Notes under the pieces: model-generated
Told to the model about the DNA's origin: nothing
What the model saw: only the letters and a program-made list of their open reading frames with translations
The model's database searches: none
Position numbers and translations under genes: made by a program
Shown: one piece after another, positions 60,241-64,000 of the stretch
Layout: each line of letters begins with the position of its first letter
How positions within the stretch are numbered: the stretch's first letter is position 1
Source of the DNA: Macrostomum lignano
Taxonomy: Eukaryota
Direction: 5' to 3'
Assembly (NCBI GenBank): GCA_002269645.1
Contig: NIVC01000891.1
Span: forward strand, 124,001-188,000
DNA length: 64,000 nucleotides

Positions 60241-61525
60241 TTTGCCCGTGGGGCGTAAAATAACCAAGTTCTCATCTCAAAGAAAGCTCTGAGGCTTATT
60301 CGTTCCGTAATACGTAAATTACGGTGGTGGCAGCAACTACCCTATTGAAAGTAACGAGTTCAGATAATCGACGCATTAATTTACGGAGTCAGAAACCTCT
60401 GGTGTTTCAACGCTTTGAACGACCGCGCCGCTAACGACCGCTCCGCTACGATTACGACTACCCTCCCCCCGGAACTTGAGGACCCCGGCTGTCGGAGTAA
60501 AAGGAGAAGATTTTCGTTGTGATTCGTCTGCGCGATTTTACGGCTTCATTCGTGTTTCATCAACGCCGGTGGCAATTCAAACGAGGAATCCGCCCCACCT
60601 CTGGTGGGTAAATCTCAAACACAGAAGTAAAAAAATTGACAAAAAATAAAAGTTCAGTGGCATGGAAAATAATGCTTTACATCTAAAGATAAAAGAATAA
60701 TATATTAATTTTTCTACTTAAAACCGCAAGTAACCCTGAATTTCAAGAAAGAATGCTGTTTGTTTTTTCGAAGGCTATTTTGACAACGATTAATACCGAA
60801 GACAAACAGTTTGTTTATTTAACTCACAAAATTGTAATTTTTGTTTTGTTAGAGTCATCTTTCTACTGGTTAGTAGTATTCATTAAAATCTTTTTTTGTT
60901 TTTGAGTAACATTTTGTTATAAATTGAAACTGTTTATAGTTACTAAATTTAACGTGCTATGAATCTGCCTGATTTATAATATAATCGGAATACACGGTAC
61001 TTAAACCATTTTTAATATATATCGAAAACACATACCGTTGACGGACTGATAACGGACGGAATTTATTATTGATGGCAAAGAAACGATTTCAACTGGGTTA
61101 TTTATCTTTACTGAAATTTAATATGGCGATCGAAACCTGCAAATTGAAATTGCTAGAACTTGAAAATTTTTACAAATTTTCCTTTTGAACTTTTGATTAA
61201 GGTTCCCATCACCGATCAAATATATTGTCTGTAGAATTATTGTATATTCCCCATTTAATTTCTACTTTTTCTAAAAAACAGAAAAACTTGCAGATTGGAA
61301 AATACTATGCAAAGCAGATATGGCACTGAAAACTATAGGAAAAATGGAAATGGCAAAGCAATACTAAAGCAAAACTGGGAACTGGGTCATGTTTTGTCCT
61401 GTCCCTTTTCGCGGCTCCTGTACGTGCCTCCCATCAGTAGTATAAAGTAAAGTAACCACTTGACTACTCTATCCCCGTGGGAAAACCCAGAACCTTAAGT
61501 ATCGACAGCTGGGTACAAAAAATTA

Positions 61526-62202
61526 CAAGGGGCGTCTCAAAAGTTCGTGCAATCGATCCATTTCTACCACAGACATCGCTCTAGTCGCTGCAGCTGTTAC
61601 CACAGCTGTCCTGCGACCAGCAGCAGTCGTTTCCTGCGCACTTGAGCTATCTAGCTCGTATTTGCACCTTTCTCCTTTCTTAGCTCGTATTATTATAACC
61701 CCACCGCGATTGTCATCACCATTGCTTTCCCTCTTCGGCCGACGTCGCGGTTATGGGAGATGAACCGCAGGAAGAGCAGCGGTGGTAAATTAAATCTGAA
61801 TGGCTGCGAGGAATGCCAGCTACACAAGTCACCTACAGCTTGTAGACGCGTACAGCAAGGATGAACTTTGCCAGCGCAATGTGTACAAGAGGTATGATCG
61901 CTTCAAGAGATGGCTGCACTTCGACTCTGAATGAGCCAAGATCTGGGAGACCCCGGAAAGTGCGGACCGAGAGCAGCATCAAACTCATCCGTGGTCTGCT
62001 GGAAATCGATCCGCGATGGACATGCAAAGAAATGGCGGAACTCAGTAAAATTCCTTCATCCAGCATCCACAAAACTCTCATAGAGGACCTGTGGCTGCAG
62101 TACGTCACTGTTCGATGGGTGCCGCATCATCTCGATGACAGTCAGGAAGCTGGCAACAAGTCATCGTTGCCCAACAACTTTCTCGACGCTATCGACGAGA
62201 AA
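61526..62202 (+). pseudogene. Mariner transposon 5' remnant (left TIR plus N-terminal HTH of the transposase, ATG at 61753)
   Basis: TA|CAAGGGGCGTCTCAAAAGT mariner-type TIR; NEPRSGRP, WTCKEMAE and RWVPHHL (WVPHEL motif); breaks down at the first catalytic D (FLDAI-DEK). It has stops and frameshifts, and no right TIR was seen. Confidence 0.85.
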
Positions 62203-64000
62203 GCAACGAGTTGTCAAAATTGGTTGTGTATATTGAATGACATTTACAGCTCAGCTCAAAGAGCAGGTGCTGCAGCAGCTGAATTTTGAAGTCAATTTGT
62301 GTATCTCAGAAACCATATGAGAATGAGTTGTAATCATCTTCATGGTATCTGGTATCAATTTAAAAATGTAGTAAGTGTAGTAATTTTAAGAATGTCAACA
62401 TTAAAAATTGCCAAAATTTACAAATAGGCAGATAGACTCTCACTTTCTATTTTTGCATGTAAACACCAAGATAGCAGAGTACAATTGAAAATGACTAAAT
62501 AGAATAATATATATAGCATTCAGATTGCAAGGTAAACATATACTGCTACACATAGAAATAAATACAAATAGAAGTAGATAGACTATGCTAGTGTTACTTG
62601 TAATGAACTTAACATACTCGTACAACGAATTACGCTGCTCCTTCGGATCTAGCATTAGATATGCTTCTTAATTAAAAAGGCTTTCTAAGGGGTCATTAAA
62701 TACAATTAAAATATATAATACCAGCATTCTTTTTACTTTGACCTAAGCATATGATCTATTTCTAAGGGTTCCTGCCGTACCTATTGTCCTTTGCTTTTGC
62801 TAGCCAAAACAGCATTCAAATATGGTGATATTAGAGGAACATACTAAATAGATTGGCAGGAATAAATTAGAGTTATTCTGTGGATTACTGAGCGTTAGAG
62901 CTCAAGATATACTCATAAGATCAAAAGTGAATATCATTAGAAGTGAATCATCACAGATTTTCACACAAACATAAACAAAACTGCTTACTTAAGTATGCTA
63001 CTTGGCTATAAATGGTTAAAACCCAATATAATGAACTTAATAAGGTCTATACTTCTTTAGTAAAATCACAAGAACATGCAATGAAAAACTACTCTTTGTT
63101 TAGTATTTTTCTACATAATTAGAAGATTTGGGAACATTTACATGCTTATGAGCTGAGTAAACTTACACCTTACAGGAAATTTTGTGCTTATGAAAAAAGT
63201 CTAAATGTAACATCAATAGGCATAAGTAAGTAACAGTGCATTGACAGTCGCAGATAAAATGGAATAACAATATTTAAAATGTATCTAAAAGAATGAATCA
63301 CTGAAGATCATAATGGTTGGCGTTGTTTATCAGAAAACTTACACCTTACAGGAATTTTTTAACAGTAGACAAATATCATGCAATCGAGACAGGGCCAAAT
63401 AAGTTCATAAATATTGAAAACACAGCGGTAAAACATCCACAAGCTCACAGATGAAGGTTTTCCCCAATATTTTCAGTCATTTTCCCATAGACAAATATAT
63501 TACACGTGCACAAAAAACATTATGAAACAAAAAAACGTACTTAAGATACAAGTCAGAAAAATACGTTTTTGGTCGCTATCGCCACAAAAAAACATAAACT
63601 CTGACTTAAAGTTTAAAAAAAAATTTTTTAATCAGTTTTTTATTAACGAAAGTTAAATTCATGTACAATTGCTTCTAATTTAACAATGAAATTCATGATG
63701 TAAGAAAAAATTTGTTTATAACTTACGTACATTTCAATCTGAGATTTACCCTGGTGTCAGCAAATTTTTCAAACCCAAGAATTCCAAGAAAATTCTTCTC
63801 CACCCCCACCTTAATATTACCAATTCCAGAATCAGAATCGGTTCAGATCTTCCAAGAAAAACAGCAGTATAACTATTTAATTCTGTTGAATGTTTGACTG
63901 CCTTAACAACCTCACGGCTCACTTAGCAAAATTTTTCACTTTCTTCTTGACAATTGTCATTCAATAATAAAAACTTTATAGCACGTATCTCCCTCTAGTT

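Noticed and set aside
60241-60620. PBS after the putative LTR at 59826..60240 and a GC-rich coding-like patch
   Set aside because: TTTGCCCGTGGGGC lacks the TGG start and matches the Lys PBS only with gaps; translations have stops and no motifs.

Overview
This is a eukaryotic (animal) genomic window, not prokaryotic. It has spliceosomal GT-AG introns, GC-rich exons in AT-rich DNA, and many minisatellites and transposons. The style resembles a Macrostomum-type flatworm genome, which is an impression and not verified. Host genes: an intronless class A GPCR, an HSPBAP1-like JmjC gene, and a co-directional minus-strand trio (FAAP100-like, PRORSD1/ProXp-ala, MFSD6-like). Mobile DNA: (1) an intact Crypton-type tyrosine recombinase whose catalytic Tyr lies on a second exon, flanked by a private repeated 10-mer and palindromes; (2) a Ginger-like MITE with a 5-bp TSD; (3) two RTE-like LINE fragments; (4) a tandem-array TRIM-like LTR element with a tRNA-Lys PBS and an abnormal end; (5) CMC/EnSpm-like and hAT-like non-autonomous elements; (6) a tRNA-derived SINE; (7) a 5'-truncated Ty3/gypsy element with a -1 frameshift site and a decayed accessory ORF3 with its own TATA box; (8) a mariner remnant. 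I found no supportable rRNA, genuine tRNA gene or CRISPR array. All family calls come from motif recognition by eye with no database search, and element boundaries without a TSD are approximate.
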